Shown: positions 49,664 to 59,131 of the stretch, in pieces
How the letters are laid out: each line of letters opens with the position of its first letter
How positions within the stretch are numbered: the stretch's first letter is position 1
Assembly (NCBI GenBank): GCA_041659365.1
Contig: JBAZYH010000001.1
Span: 37,590 to 101,589 of the forward strand
Length of the DNA stretch: 64,000 bases
DNA from: Minisyncoccota bacterium
GTDB taxonomy: Bacteria > Patescibacteriota > Minisyncoccia > Phycocordibacterales > GWA1-40-21
Direction: 5' to 3'
Position numbers and translations under genes: made by a program
Notes under the pieces: model-generated
Seen by the model: the letters and a program-made list of their open reading frames with translations, nothing else
Database searches by the model: none
What the model was told of the DNA's origin: nothing

Positions 49664-52600
49664 TTAATAATTAATCTTTCTACCACGACGAATGATAAAA
49701 ATTGTTACAAAGTATATTAAAGCAATAGAGACTATTAAGGTAAAAATATTCTGTACCTTAAACACCTTCCCCCACCCAAACTCCCCCTTCATCTCCACAT
49801 TCATAAATACACCTTTACTCTCCTCCACTTTGAATGATTCACTCTGGTAATCAGAGTATCCAAGGGCAGTAACTGTAAGGTAATAATCTCCAGGAGGAAC
49901 AAGGAATGAGTATCTTCCTGTCACATCGGTTGTTTGTGGATTCTTTTGTTTGAAATTATCTCCTGGCCAGAGTTCGTAGGTAGAAGTCTCTGGATTCTTC
50001 CAGTAGATAGAAGATACAGCATTAGCAATACGTATTTCTTTGTCACCACCAATCTTCTCATATATATATCCTTCAGGATCAACAAGTACAATCATACTTA
50101 GTTCTCTTTGTTCTTTCGTTTTATCTTCATAACTAATTATGGTCTTTAGTTCATATTGTCCAAGAGTATATGGAGAAGACACATCTGCAGTCCAGATACC
50201 ATTACCACTATCCTTGTAATCAAACTTAGCTACAACAAGTTCTCTTTCCTCTACAGCATCTAGTACTGAAGCATTTTGTTTTACATAACTTTCTTGAAAC
50301 ATTAGATATCCATCGATTCTTTTAGCTTTTGATTCTGGTTTGACTGCAAACTTGAGTAACTGTCCTTGTATAGTGTTTAATTTTTGTGTAGTAAATCCCT
50401 CATTTGATACAGATAGTTTTACATTTAAATCTATAGATTCATCGAATGTTCTTACAAAGATTAAGTTTGTAGGAACTTTATTACTTTGTGTTTGTGTGAA
50501 GTTTGAAATAGAAATATTGTTTGATAGACCAAAGTATTCTGCAAGACCTGGTAATAAAACTCCACCCATAGATAGGTCATTATTTAATGATGTTATAGTT
50601 GGGAACTTATTTATTATGTTCTTGAAAGCTACTGGTAAGTTGATGAGGTTCACCATTTCTGATGGAACTATTTCTCCTATATTATTATTTAAATTAGTTT
50701 GATCTTCTTCTGTAACAGATACTGGTGGAAGAGTAACTTCTGGTACTGGTATTATTGAAGTAATAATATCAATAATCTTTTCTATTGTAGGTGTGGTACT
50801 TAGGGTAACTGAGGTAGAAACAACTGATGAAGCTACGTTTGAAGCATCAAGTGATCTTGCATATACAGTATAGTCCCCATCAGGACAGGTTGTATCTGCT
50901 CCACAGAGATTGTATTCATATGTGGTTTGTACTGGAATGATTATCGCTTTATTGAAATCTGGATTATTAGATATTATTATCAGCTTGGTATCTGTATTGG
51001 GTGTGATATTAAGTGTGACTATTCTATCATCAGTCCTATTTGATGTTCGTATATCAAATAGGTTATCTGGTGTAGTTTGTGATGTTGTTGTAATAGGTTC
51101 TGATGTAGTTGTTCCACCGCTACTACCTCTTACTCTATATGTTATGTGAGTTGTACTACTTGTAGAGTCAGAATTATTGTAAGAATCATTACATGCAATG
51201 TATATGTCTTTAGTACCTGAAGTAAATGATGGTAGTGTACATGAGATTAATAAACTATTTGATGTACATGAGATGTCTGCTGACATATCATCATATGATT
51301 TGTTTGTAATGGCTAGTCTACAATCTCCATTTTCACTTATAGTGAAAGTTACAAGTTGACTTGCACGTGAGATATAGGAGTCGTCTGCAGGGGAAACACT
51401 TGATACTGTCGGTGCACTAGCATCCCATGTAAGTATATATTCATCATATGTAGAATTTCCTGCATTATCTGTGACTGTAAGTCTAATTGTATAAGTACCA
51501 TCTGTAGTTGCAGATATTGTTGTTGATGAAGCTGTAGTTGTACCGAATGTTATACCTATACCAGACCAAAGATATGAAGCTATACCTGAAGTAGTATCGC
51601 TTGATGTAGAAGTCTGAGTGAAGGTGGATGATCGAGTTTGATCTAATCCAACAGTAGTCGTTGGAACTGTGATATCAAGTATAAATGACCCCATAGAAGT
51701 AAAACTAGACGCAAGCGATCCATCATTATTTTGTGCACACCAATAATATGTACCATCCAAACCGATAGTAGATGATGGGGTGTAGGTAGTTGTGGCAGAA
51801 TCAGAAACAGTTTCTGTAGATGTACCAGAATTTACAATGTTTAAATTATTTAAACAATCATTTGCTGTAGTAGAAGATATACGATAGTTGGTAGTACCAG
51901 TATCTCCAGTATTTGGATCTGAATAATAAGCTGAGAGTGTCGGAGTGTTGTCGTTTGTATAAGAAGCGTTTGACGGAGATACTAATGTTGGTATGTTTGG
52001 AGCAGAGTTGAATGTCCAATTTGTATTATTACCACTATCTACAGAGTTCATTGGAGCTATTGCTTTCCCACTTGCAGTAGAATCTTTTATATTTAAATAG
52101 TTTGCTATGACAGTAGCTGGATTACTTACATTAATATTCCACTTGGTGCCAGAGATACTTGATATCAAACTAAGTAAATTATTTGCTATACCACTGAGTG
52201 TAAGAGAATTAGATATATTTGTAGTAGAGTTTGCCGCAAACGTAAGAGTACTGCTACTTGTAACTGATTTTACAAAATTATAGAAAGTATTTGAACCTGT
52301 TATGGATTGATTTTCTCCATTGAAAGTTATTGTAGAGCTACCTGTGTTGAAAGTGCCGGAGTTGGTGAGGTTTCCACTGAGGTTTATGTTGTGGTTGTTG
52401 GTTGTAAAAATAGAATTCGCACTGATTGTAAAATCACCCAAGAATGTTACTGGATTTTGTAGACTAATTGTTGAAATACTTAAATCAACTTCATTTCCAG
52501 AACCCAAATTATAAATATCATCTATTTCACTTTGCGTTAAGGCAACATTATAAATCCTAATATCATCCAAGCTTCTTTCCTGATTGTTTACTGAAGGTAG

Positions 52601-55600
52601 AGAACCTAATAAAAATGACAAACCCGTTGTATCTACTGAAGCAGAAGATGTCAAAGGTGATGTTGCCAAAACTCCATTAATATATGTTTTCCAAGAGCTA
52701 CCATCTCTCATAAATGTTAGATGCGTCCATTCTCCACCACTTATGGGCATAGAATATTGTCCTTCTCCAGCTGGAGTATTAAACGCAATTCTACCACTAT
52801 TACTCCAATATGAATAAATAACATAATTACTGAATCCAAACAAACCAGCATGAGAAGAACTATTTGACATTCTCGCCCAGAAAGATATTGTCCAATTATT
52901 AGTTCCACTAAAAGTATCTTTAATAACAGAGGCATCTATATTATTTTCTCCTGAAAATGCCAAGGCAGTATTTATTTTTCCTGAGGTTGTTAATATACTT
53001 GTATCTTGAGAAGCCGTCACATCAAAATTATTTGAGGTATTATCATCCACTGTTGTTCCACTCGTATCATTCATCCTATAATGAGCAACAAGTCCATTTG
53101 CGACTGAAGAAAAAATTGATACATCATTCAAATTAGAAACCCCCACATCCAAAGACGTAGTCGCCCCGTTAAGAGTCAACGTTCCACCATTTGCATTAAA
53201 ATTATCAGAGTTTGTAAAATTACCAGAGACAGTAAGATTACCAGAAGTAGAGTTAAATGTTCCAGAATTGATTAATAAATCTCCAGTTAAAGTAATACTG
53301 TTCGTTCCTCCATTAAATACTCCATTGTCTTGAGTAAAATCACCTGAAATAGAAAGTGTACCAGAGGTTGAATTAAATATTCCATCTGATATAGATAAGT
53401 TACCACTTAGAGTTATGGCTCCTGTTCCTCCATTGAAAGTTCCATTGCTTTGAGTGAAACCACTCGTACTAAGTGTATTTGATATTGTAAGAGTTCCTAC
53501 ATTTAGTATTACCCCACCAGTAAAGGTATTAGCTCCTGTAAGAGATAATTCTCCTGTACCAGCTTTTGTCATAGAGTATGCACCAGAGACTATTCCTCCG
53601 ACAGTAAGTTTAGCGGTGTTGTTTGTGGTAATGATACGATTTGCTGGTAAGGTAATATTTGCAGTACCCAGATTCAAATCATTAGTTCCACCAAAAGTAA
53701 TATCACCACTCCATGTCTGCGCATTATTTCCAGACAGTGTCACAGCACTAACTGAAGTATTATCTATTGTTCCACCTACTATAATAAGTGAACCTGCACC
53801 AATAGCACCAGCACTATTTATATTTAATGTACCAGCATTTAGAGTTGTAGATGTTATTGTGTTTGAGTTTATTAAAGTCAGTATTCCATCATTTTGAGTA
53901 ATGGAAGTTGCTGTAATAGTATATGATGATGTTTGAGTTATTGTGCCTGTATAACCTGTAGCAATAGTAAGAGTACCAGTAGTAACATTTGTATCTATAT
54001 CACAATTTGTTGTGTCGGCACTATCAAAAGTTACTGGTTGTCCTGCCTCAGGAACTCCAGCTCCACCTGCACCTCCAGAAGTTAATGACCAATTGTTTGT
54101 ATCATTCCAACTAGATGTTGAACCTACCCAATATTTAGATACTGAAGGAGTTGAAGGAATAGCCACTTCTCCTGCTATCCATGTTGGTCCACTTATTAAT
54201 GTTCCATTATTTGCACTATCTGAGAAATCAGAAACTGCTGTTCCTGTACCTTCATCAAAATGATAACCAGCAACTAAACCACTATTAAACGGAGCTACTG
54301 TTTTGTCTCCATAAACTCCAGTACCACTATTATATAGACCGAGTATTTCTGGAGCTGATAAAGTACGGTTCCAGATATTTATTTCGTCCAAACCACCATT
54401 CAAAAACCAAGATGAATCAGCACCCATGCCGAAATATTTAATATTGACGATATTTGTGATTGGTTTAGAGTCTTGGTATTGCGCACCGTCAATATAAAGT
54501 GTTGCGGTTCGTCCAACTCCTTCTGTATATGACTCTGTTAGAGTGACTAAATGCCAACCAGTCCAAGTAAGACCATCCATACCCATCCAATTAATTTGGA
54601 CGCCATCAGTATTTGAGCCAAAATAAAGATTATTATCAGAATACCAAAGACCAAAGTATGCCACATTTACACCTGTACCTCCAATCAAAGCATTGGATGC
54701 TGTAAAATCCTTTACCCATAGTGAATATGTCATATCAACACCACTGTCTGCTATTGGAGTTGTCAAATCGACATAACTACTTCCACCAAAACTCAAAGCA
54801 TAACTACCTTCAGTTGGATCAACTACGTAATCCACCTCCACCTCTCCGATAATCTTTAGATCAAAAACATCTGTCGGACTACCAAGCTCAGGTATAAGCT
54901 TTTTATAAAGTCCTTCATGATCAATATTAAATGTAGCGACAAGTTGATTAGTATCTGTAGTATAAGCTTCTATAGTTACAGGAGTAGAACTTGCAGGTTT
55001 GGCATAGATAGTAATATCATTTGCATTAGTAAGTATTTTTTCAAAGGTAACTCTGACATATTGTCCATCTGATAAAGGAGCGTAGTTACCATCTTGTGTT
55101 TTTACAGTGTCATAAATATCAGCAAGTATTTCTTTGTTTGCATCAAGTTGAAAAGCTTTTGAAATAAATATGATTTCAAAAGTCTGGACTGATAAGTGAG
55201 GTACTGTCCATTCTACATAGTCTAGCTTTCCATTGTTGTCGAGGTCATATGCTTTGAAGGTGACATTCTGATCTCCGTTGTTTGACCACTTTATTTTTAT
55301 TTTATCTTCTTGTCCTACTTTATATATTTCAGGAATGTTTGTAAAAGCCAGAACGTTTGTTATTGGTATTTCTCCTTCTACAGAAGAAACAGTAACTACC
55401 TTACCTGTGTCTGTTGTAGCTTCGGCTATTGTAGGGGCTGGAGTTTCATATTCAACAGTAACCAAGTCGGTTGATGTTGCAGTTGTAGAAGTAGAAGTTG
55501 TACTTGTTATAAATGTTGGAATTGATGTAGATGCTAATTCATCTAAAACTTTTATATCTTCATTTGACGAACCTCCACCACCTCCACCTGTTGTGATTTC

Positions 55601-56443
55601 TTCTTCTGCTTGTCCATTTTCTAGAGTGGATGTAGCTATATCTTCTGCTTGCCCGTTTTCTAGGGTTGTTGTAGAAACATCTGTCTCATCGGTAGTAGTT
55701 GCTACTTCGTCTGTGGTAGTACCTACGTCTGTAATTATTATCTCTTCTGTGGTAGTTGATACCAATTCTGTTGATGTGGAAACTTCTTCAATAGTAGATA
55801 CTACTTCGTCTGTTGTACTTGCTAATTCATCTACAACATCTTCAATAACTACATCATTTACAACATTTGTACTTTCTTCATTTATAACTTCTTCAATTAC
55901 AACAGGTGTTTCTTCTTCTGGTATGTCAACTACAGCAGAAACATCTACAGTAACCATTTCTGGTTCTGTAGAAGCTTCATCTACAGTAGCAAAAGAAGAA
56001 CCTACTTTTGAGAAGGCTCGACTTATTGAAGCAAAGAAACCTTTTGTATTTTGTTTCTTTACTAATTCAGCTAGAGCAAGTGATGCTTCTGATTTACTTC
56101 TTTCGTTTGATAATTTAGATAGTTTAATTCTGTCTTCGTTTGTGAGTTTAGAAGATGTTTGTATTTTGTTATTACTTACTGTAGATGTAGATATTTTTAT
56201 ATCATTAGCAATACTAGGAATCTCTACTAGATGTTGTAACCTATTTATATCGGAAACACTTACTGTTTTTATCCATCTAATTGGCTCACCTCCAAGTGAT
56301 GGGAGTTGCTTTATACTAAAGTTACTTACAATGGATTTGTTGCCTGTACTTGGAGCAAAGTAAAACAAAGCAAAAGCTATAATGAATGATCCGAGAATAG
56401 GAGAGATTGTTTTTATGCTTTTAAAAATGTTTTGTTTGTTCAT
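49664..56443 (-). CDS. giant cell-surface protein (2 LamG-like domains, beta-strand repeats, Ig/PKD-like and carboxypeptidase-regulatory-like domains, TM at both ends)
   Basis: WHLVT..LYIDG..LDEINIWNRTLS and WTHL..YING..LDDIRIYNVAL; TKAGTGELSLTGANTFTGG; TTDVTGRYSFLVPPGDYYLTV; hydrophobic termini. Confidence 0.85.
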   Translation of the reverse strand: MNKQNIFKSIKTISPILGSFIIAFALFYFAPSTGNKSIVSNFSIKQLPSLGGEPIRWIKTVSVSDINRLQHLVEIPSIANDIKISTSTVSNNKIQTSSKLTNEDRIKLSKLSNERSKSEASLALAELVKKQNTKGFFASISRAFSKVGSSFATVDEASTEPEMVTVDVSAVVDIPEEETPVVIEEVINEESTNVVNDVVIEDVVDELASTTDEVVSTIEEVSTSTELVSTTTEEIIITDVGTTTDEVATTTDETDVSTTTLENGQAEDIATSTLENGQAEEEITTGGGGGGSSNEDIKVLDELASTSIPTFITSTTSTSTTATSTDLVTVEYETPAPTIAEATTDTGKVVTVSSVEGEIPITNVLAFTNIPEIYKVGQEDKIKIKWSNNGDQNVTFKAYDLDNNGKLDYVEWTVPHLSVQTFEIIFISKAFQLDANKEILADIYDTVKTQDGNYAPLSDGQYVRVTFEKILTNANDITIYAKPASSTPVTIEAYTTDTNQLVATFNIDHEGLYKKLIPELGSPTDVFDLKIIGEVEVDYVVDPTEGSYALSFGGSSYVDLTTPIADSGVDMTYSLWVKDFTASNALIGGTGVNVAYFGLWYSDNNLYFGSNTDGVQINWMGMDGLTWTGWHLVTLTESYTEGVGRTATLYIDGAQYQDSKPITNIVNIKYFGMGADSSWFLNGGLDEINIWNRTLSAPEILGLYNSGTGVYGDKTVAPFNSGLVAGYHFDEGTGTAVSDFSDSANNGTLISGPTWIAGEVAIPSTPSVSKYWVGSTSSWNDTNNWSLTSGGAGGAGVPEAGQPVTFDSADTTNCDIDTNVTTGTLTIATGYTGTITQTSSYTITATSITQNDGILTLINSNTITSTTLNAGTLNINSAGAIGAGSLIIVGGTIDNTSVSAVTLSGNNAQTWSGDITFGGTNDLNLGTANITLPANRIITTNNTAKLTVGGIVSGAYSMTKAGTGELSLTGANTFTGGVILNVGTLTISNTLSTSGFTQSNGTFNGGTGAITLSGNLSISDGIFNSTSGTLSISGDFTQDNGVFNGGTNSITLTGDLLINSGTFNSTSGNLTVSGNFTNSDNFNANGGTLTLNGATTSLDVGVSNLNDVSIFSSVANGLVAHYRMNDTSGTTVDDNTSNNFDVTASQDTSILTTSGKINTALAFSGENNIDASVIKDTFSGTNNWTISFWARMSNSSSHAGLFGFSNYVIYSYWSNSGRIAFNTPAGEGQYSMPISGGEWTHLTFMRDGSSWKTYINGVLATSPLTSSASVDTTGLSFLLGSLPSVNNQERSLDDIRIYNVALTQSEIDDIYNLGSGNEVDLSISTISLQNPVTFLGDFTISANSIFTTNNHNINLSGNLTNSGTFNTGSSTITFNGENQSITGSNTFYNFVKSVTSSSTLTFAANSTTNISNSLTLSGIANNLLSLISSISGTKWNINVSNPATVIANYLNIKDSTASGKAIAPMNSVDSGNNTNWTFNSAPNIPTLVSPSNASYTNDNTPTLSAYYSDPNTGDTGTTNYRISSTTANDCLNNLNIVNSGTSTETVSDSATTTYTPSSTIGLDGTYYWCAQNNDGSLASSFTSMGSFILDITVPTTTVGLDQTRSSTFTQTSTSSDTTSGIASYLWSGIGITFGTTTASSTTISATTDGTYTIRLTVTDNAGNSTYDEYILTWDASAPTVSSVSPADDSYISRASQLVTFTISENGDCRLAITNKSYDDMSADISCTSNSLLISCTLPSFTSGTKDIYIACNDSYNNSDSTSSTTHITYRVRGSSGGTTTSEPITTTSQTTPDNLFDIRTSNRTDDRIVTLNITPNTDTKLIIISNNPDFNKAIIIPVQTTYEYNLCGADTTCPDGDYTVYARSLDASNVASSVVSTSVTLSTTPTIEKIIDIITSIIPVPEVTLPPVSVTEEDQTNLNNNIGEIVPSEMVNLINLPVAFKNIINKFPTITSLNNDLSMGGVLLPGLAEYFGLSNNISISNFTQTQSNKVPTNLIFVRTFDESIDLNVKLSVSNEGFTTQKLNTIQGQLLKFAVKPESKAKRIDGYLMFQESYVKQNASVLDAVEERELVVAKFDYKDSGNGIWTADVSSPYTLGQYELKTIISYEDKTKEQRELSMIVLVDPEGYIYEKIGGDKEIRIANAVSSIYWKNPETSTYELWPGDNFKQKNPQTTDVTGRYSFLVPPGDYYLTVTALGYSDYQSESFKVEESKGVFMNVEMKGEFGWGKVFKVQNIFTLIVSIALIYFVTIFIIRRGRKINY

Positions 56444-56531
56444 GCAAAAATAATATAAAAGAAGATCTCTTTTTATGGAGTAATTTTATCATGATAGTGA
56501 AGGTAAATAAAGGAGAAATGGGTGTGGATAA

Positions 56532-56927
56532 TTATTTGTTTAACCAAGTGATTGTAAGTTGCAAAATAGTTGCGAAAGAGACCCAAAGTAAATAAGGAAT
56601 ATTAATATAAGCAACCCAGGTAACATATGGAAAAATAATAATAATAGACCAGATAAGTGTTCCGAGAATTAATAATATATCCATCGCAGCCAATAGGTTA
56701 TTTTGTAAACTAAACTGAAAGTATGTAAAAGAAAAATTAAAAACTAAGTTTAATATAAAAGGTAATAAAACAATAAAAGGAATTTTGTTTGTAAAATATA
56801 AATAAATAACATATCCAAAAGAAATAGCAATAAGTATATAAAGAAAAGTCCAAACTGGACCAAATATCCAAGAAGGTGGAGCAAAAAATGGTCTGATTAA
56901 TGTGGAATACCAATTATATTGAGTCAT
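56532..56927 (-). CDS. tspO: TspO/MBR-family protein
   Basis: WYSTLIRPFFAPPSWIFGPVW and PYLLWVSFA. Confidence 0.9.
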   Translation of the reverse strand: MTQYNWYSTLIRPFFAPPSWIFGPVWTFLYILIAISFGYVIYLYFTNKIPFIVLLPFILNLVFNFSFTYFQFSLQNNLLAAMDILLILGTLIWSIIIIFPYVTWVAYINIPYLLWVSFATILQLTITWLNK

Positions 56928-57034
56928 AAAAAAATAAATTATTTTAATAAATATACGTAGCCCATCCTCACTTTTTATATTAATATTATATAACAAATAT
57001 CAAACCCCCGCACTCATAATGCAGGGGTTATCAT

Positions 57035-57298
57035 TTATCTGGTATAGTAGCTTTTTGTGGGATTAGTAATACCGATAAAAAAAAGACCGAAAATACCAAA
57101 AGAAAAACATGTAAGGATATGCGGCTTATGTAATTGGGATATCTTGAATCTGATTCCCTTTTGAGTAAAAATCGATGTAATCAAAAAAGTAAAAATACCA
57201 GATAAAAAATAAATCCATAAAAAATCAATTCCTATCACCAACCAAAGTATCATCATTAAAGTAAATAATACAAGGGCAACACTTTTTTTCATATTCAT
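57035..57298 (-). CDS. small orphan membrane protein
   Basis: TTGACA-17-TATACC promoter, AGGAGG SD, terminator at about 57003-57029, hydrophobic. Confidence 0.65.
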   Translation of the reverse strand: MNMKKSVALVLFTLMMILWLVIGIDFLWIYFLSGIFTFLITSIFTQKGIRFKISQLHKPHILTCFSFGIFGLFFIGITNPTKSYYTR

Positions 57299-57423
57299 AC
57301 GAATCCTCCTTTTTTGTTTAAAAACAACAAGTTCATTAATAGGTATAATTTATTGTTGTTTACTTGTCAATTTAAATCCTATTTTTTCTAATTAGTTTAC
57401 TATAGGTAATTCATTAATTTCAC

Positions 57424-57447
57424 ACATATACGCCATGGCGTATATGT
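57424..57447. repeat. palindrome immediately downstream of the Cas2-like gene
   Basis: ACATATACGCCATGGCGTATATGT, 3 nt from the stop codon. Confidence 0.9.
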
Positions 57448-57450
57448 ATG

Positions 57451-57840
57451 TTAATTAAAAATATTATTTTTTTCTGAATATTCTTTTGCTAATCTAAAAG
57501 TTTTTAAATTATCTTTCAATCCTATAGATTTAATATAATCAACAAAACTTTTTGGTAACGGAGAAGGTCCAACCCAAACACTCCTCTGAATCATTACATA
57601 ACCAAACTTTTTTAAATGTCTACGAAGCCAATCTCGTTCAGTCTTTTGATCGTGTGAGATATCATACATAACAATTAATTTTTTAGGTGATTCTTTTTTG
57701 AAATTTGATTGAAACGAAACATTGTATGTATCTCTTACTTTATTTTTTCTATTTTCTTTTTTTCTTTTATCAAAATCAGGACTACTTGTTGGAATACCAA
57801 AAGAATTAACCCACACCCCTTTATAGTTATGTTTACTCAT
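57451..57840 (-). CDS. stand-alone Cas2/VapD/PaaX-central-domain-like protein
   Basis: LIVMYDI..R..LRRHLKKFGYVMIQRSVW signature; no cas1 or array in the window. Confidence 0.8.
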   Translation of the reverse strand: MSKHNYKGVWVNSFGIPTSSPDFDKRKKENRKNKVRDTYNVSFQSNFKKESPKKLIVMYDISHDQKTERDWLRRHLKKFGYVMIQRSVWVGPSPLPKSFVDYIKSIGLKDNLKTFRLAKEYSEKNNIFN

Positions 57841-57852
57841 TTTAATATTATA

Positions 57853-57896
57853 TACTTTTTACACATATACGCCATGGCGTATATGTGTAAAAAGTA
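57853..57896. repeat. 44-bp perfect palindrome over the promoter of the Cas2-like gene
   Basis: TACTTTTTACACATATACGCCATGGCGTATATGTGTAAAAAGTA abuts the minus-strand TATAAT at 57847-57852. Confidence 0.9.
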
Positions 57897-57954
57897 ATAA
57901 ATTATTTTTTTAAATAATACTTTTATATTATTATTGTTGTGTTAGTATAGATAT

Positions 57955-58079
57955 TGAATTTCCGATTTGGGTGTAGGTAGTCCTCTACCGAATAACGAGG
58001 CGTCGGATAAAACGCCTACAAGGGTTTTCGGGCCTAGAGACCCAACTTCTACCAGCTCTGCACATGAGAGCTGGTTTTT
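57955..58079 (+). ncRNA. candidate small structured RNA with its own terminator
   Basis: GC-enriched stretch without an ORF; TGTTAGTAT upstream; stems TTGGGT/ACCCAA, GGTAG/CTACC and AGGCGT/ACGCCT; terminator ACCAGCTC..GAGCTGGT-TTTT. Confidence 0.5.
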
Positions 58080-58162
58080 CATTTAGCAAAATGATGTCGC
58101 GCAATTGTCCATTAAAGCGCGACACAAACTAATAGACATCTCCACATTTTTTATTTTTGTCA

Positions 58163-58834
58163 TTATCTGAAAGATTTTTCATATTTTGAATCTAAATAAA
58201 TCCTATCAATTACTACCTTTAGAAAATTTGCAATAAATGAATTATCAATTCTATAGAAAAACTTCTTTGCACGAGATAAGAATACTGTGCTTTCTTTAAA
58301 GACTATCAAAGTACAATTTCCTGACAACGGCTCGTTTAAAAAACGAGCTGAGCCACTTCTATCCTTTATCGCATTATTCTCATTATTACTAAGTGCCAAC
58401 TTAAAATAATGTAATGCTTTTAAACTACCAATACCTTTTAAAATAATCCCCTTATTTGAAATCTTCTTCTGCCAATTTAAAAAATTAATTCGATCATTAA
58501 ATAAAGACTTTATTTCCTCATCTGTTTCTATTGAATAAATAACCTCACCTTTTTTTAGATTCAATAATTCCTCAAAAAAATTATTGATTTGTGATAAAGA
58601 ATCATTTTGCTTGAACTCACATTTTATATATTTATTATCACATAAAGAATACAAAAAACCATCTTTAATGGTTATTTTTTTTCTATTTAATGTATTCAAT
58701 GAGTTATAAATACTAGTACGAGCAATATTCAACTTTTTACTTATTTCAGATACAGAAAGAAACCTATTTTTTTGAAGTAGATTAAATATCTTTTCTTCAG
58801 TTGGTTTTAATACTAAAAAATCTCTTACTTTCAT
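58163..58834 (-). CDS. TrmB-like HTH transcriptional regulator
   Basis: TEEKIF..L..LSVSEISKKLNIARTSIYNSLNTL wHTH plus an effector-like C-terminal domain. Confidence 0.75.
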   Translation of the reverse strand: MKVRDFLVLKPTEEKIFNLLQKNRFLSVSEISKKLNIARTSIYNSLNTLNRKKITIKDGFLYSLCDNKYIKCEFKQNDSLSQINNFFEELLNLKKGEVIYSIETDEEIKSLFNDRINFLNWQKKISNKGIILKGIGSLKALHYFKLALSNNENNAIKDRSGSARFLNEPLSGNCTLIVFKESTVFLSRAKKFFYRIDNSFIANFLKVVIDRIYLDSKYEKSFR

Positions 58835-58919
58835 ATATTGAATAGTGTACATTATATGTACAAATAATGCAAAAAAAACTTCCTTATTGTTTAATGATTA
58901 TAGAAAGGAGATTAAAAGC

Positions 58920-59090
58920 ATGAGAAGAAACAAAAATGAAGAAATTAGAAAAGCAATTGAAAAACTTCAAAAAAAGTGTGAACATGAATGGAAATATTCA
59001 CATCAGTATTGTCCGCACGGTCTAATGCGAAGTGTTCACTCCAAAGATATCTATGTATGTTCTGTATGTGGTGTAAAAGAAGAAAGGTGA
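58920..59090 (+). CDS. 56-aa Cys/His zinc-ribbon-like orphan
   Basis: AAGGAG SD; CEHEW..CPH..CSVCG; terminator GCTCCAGGAA..TTCCTGGAGC-TTTT. Confidence 0.6.
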   Translation: MRRNKNEEIRKAIEKLQKKCEHEWKYSHQYCPHGLMRSVHSKDIYVCSVCGVKEER

Positions 59091-59131
59091 CCTAAACCTG
59101 GCTCCAGGAAAGAATTCCTGGAGCTTTTTAT

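Noticed and set aside
55278-56363. 361-aa plus-strand ORF (also 53454..53897 and 50340..50702)
   Set aside because: Antisense shadows of the low-complexity Thr/Ser/Glu-rich surface protein.
57400-58150. CRISPR-Cas locus suggested by the Cas2-like gene
   Set aside because: No regularly spaced direct repeats with unique spacers, and no cas1 or effector gene in the window.
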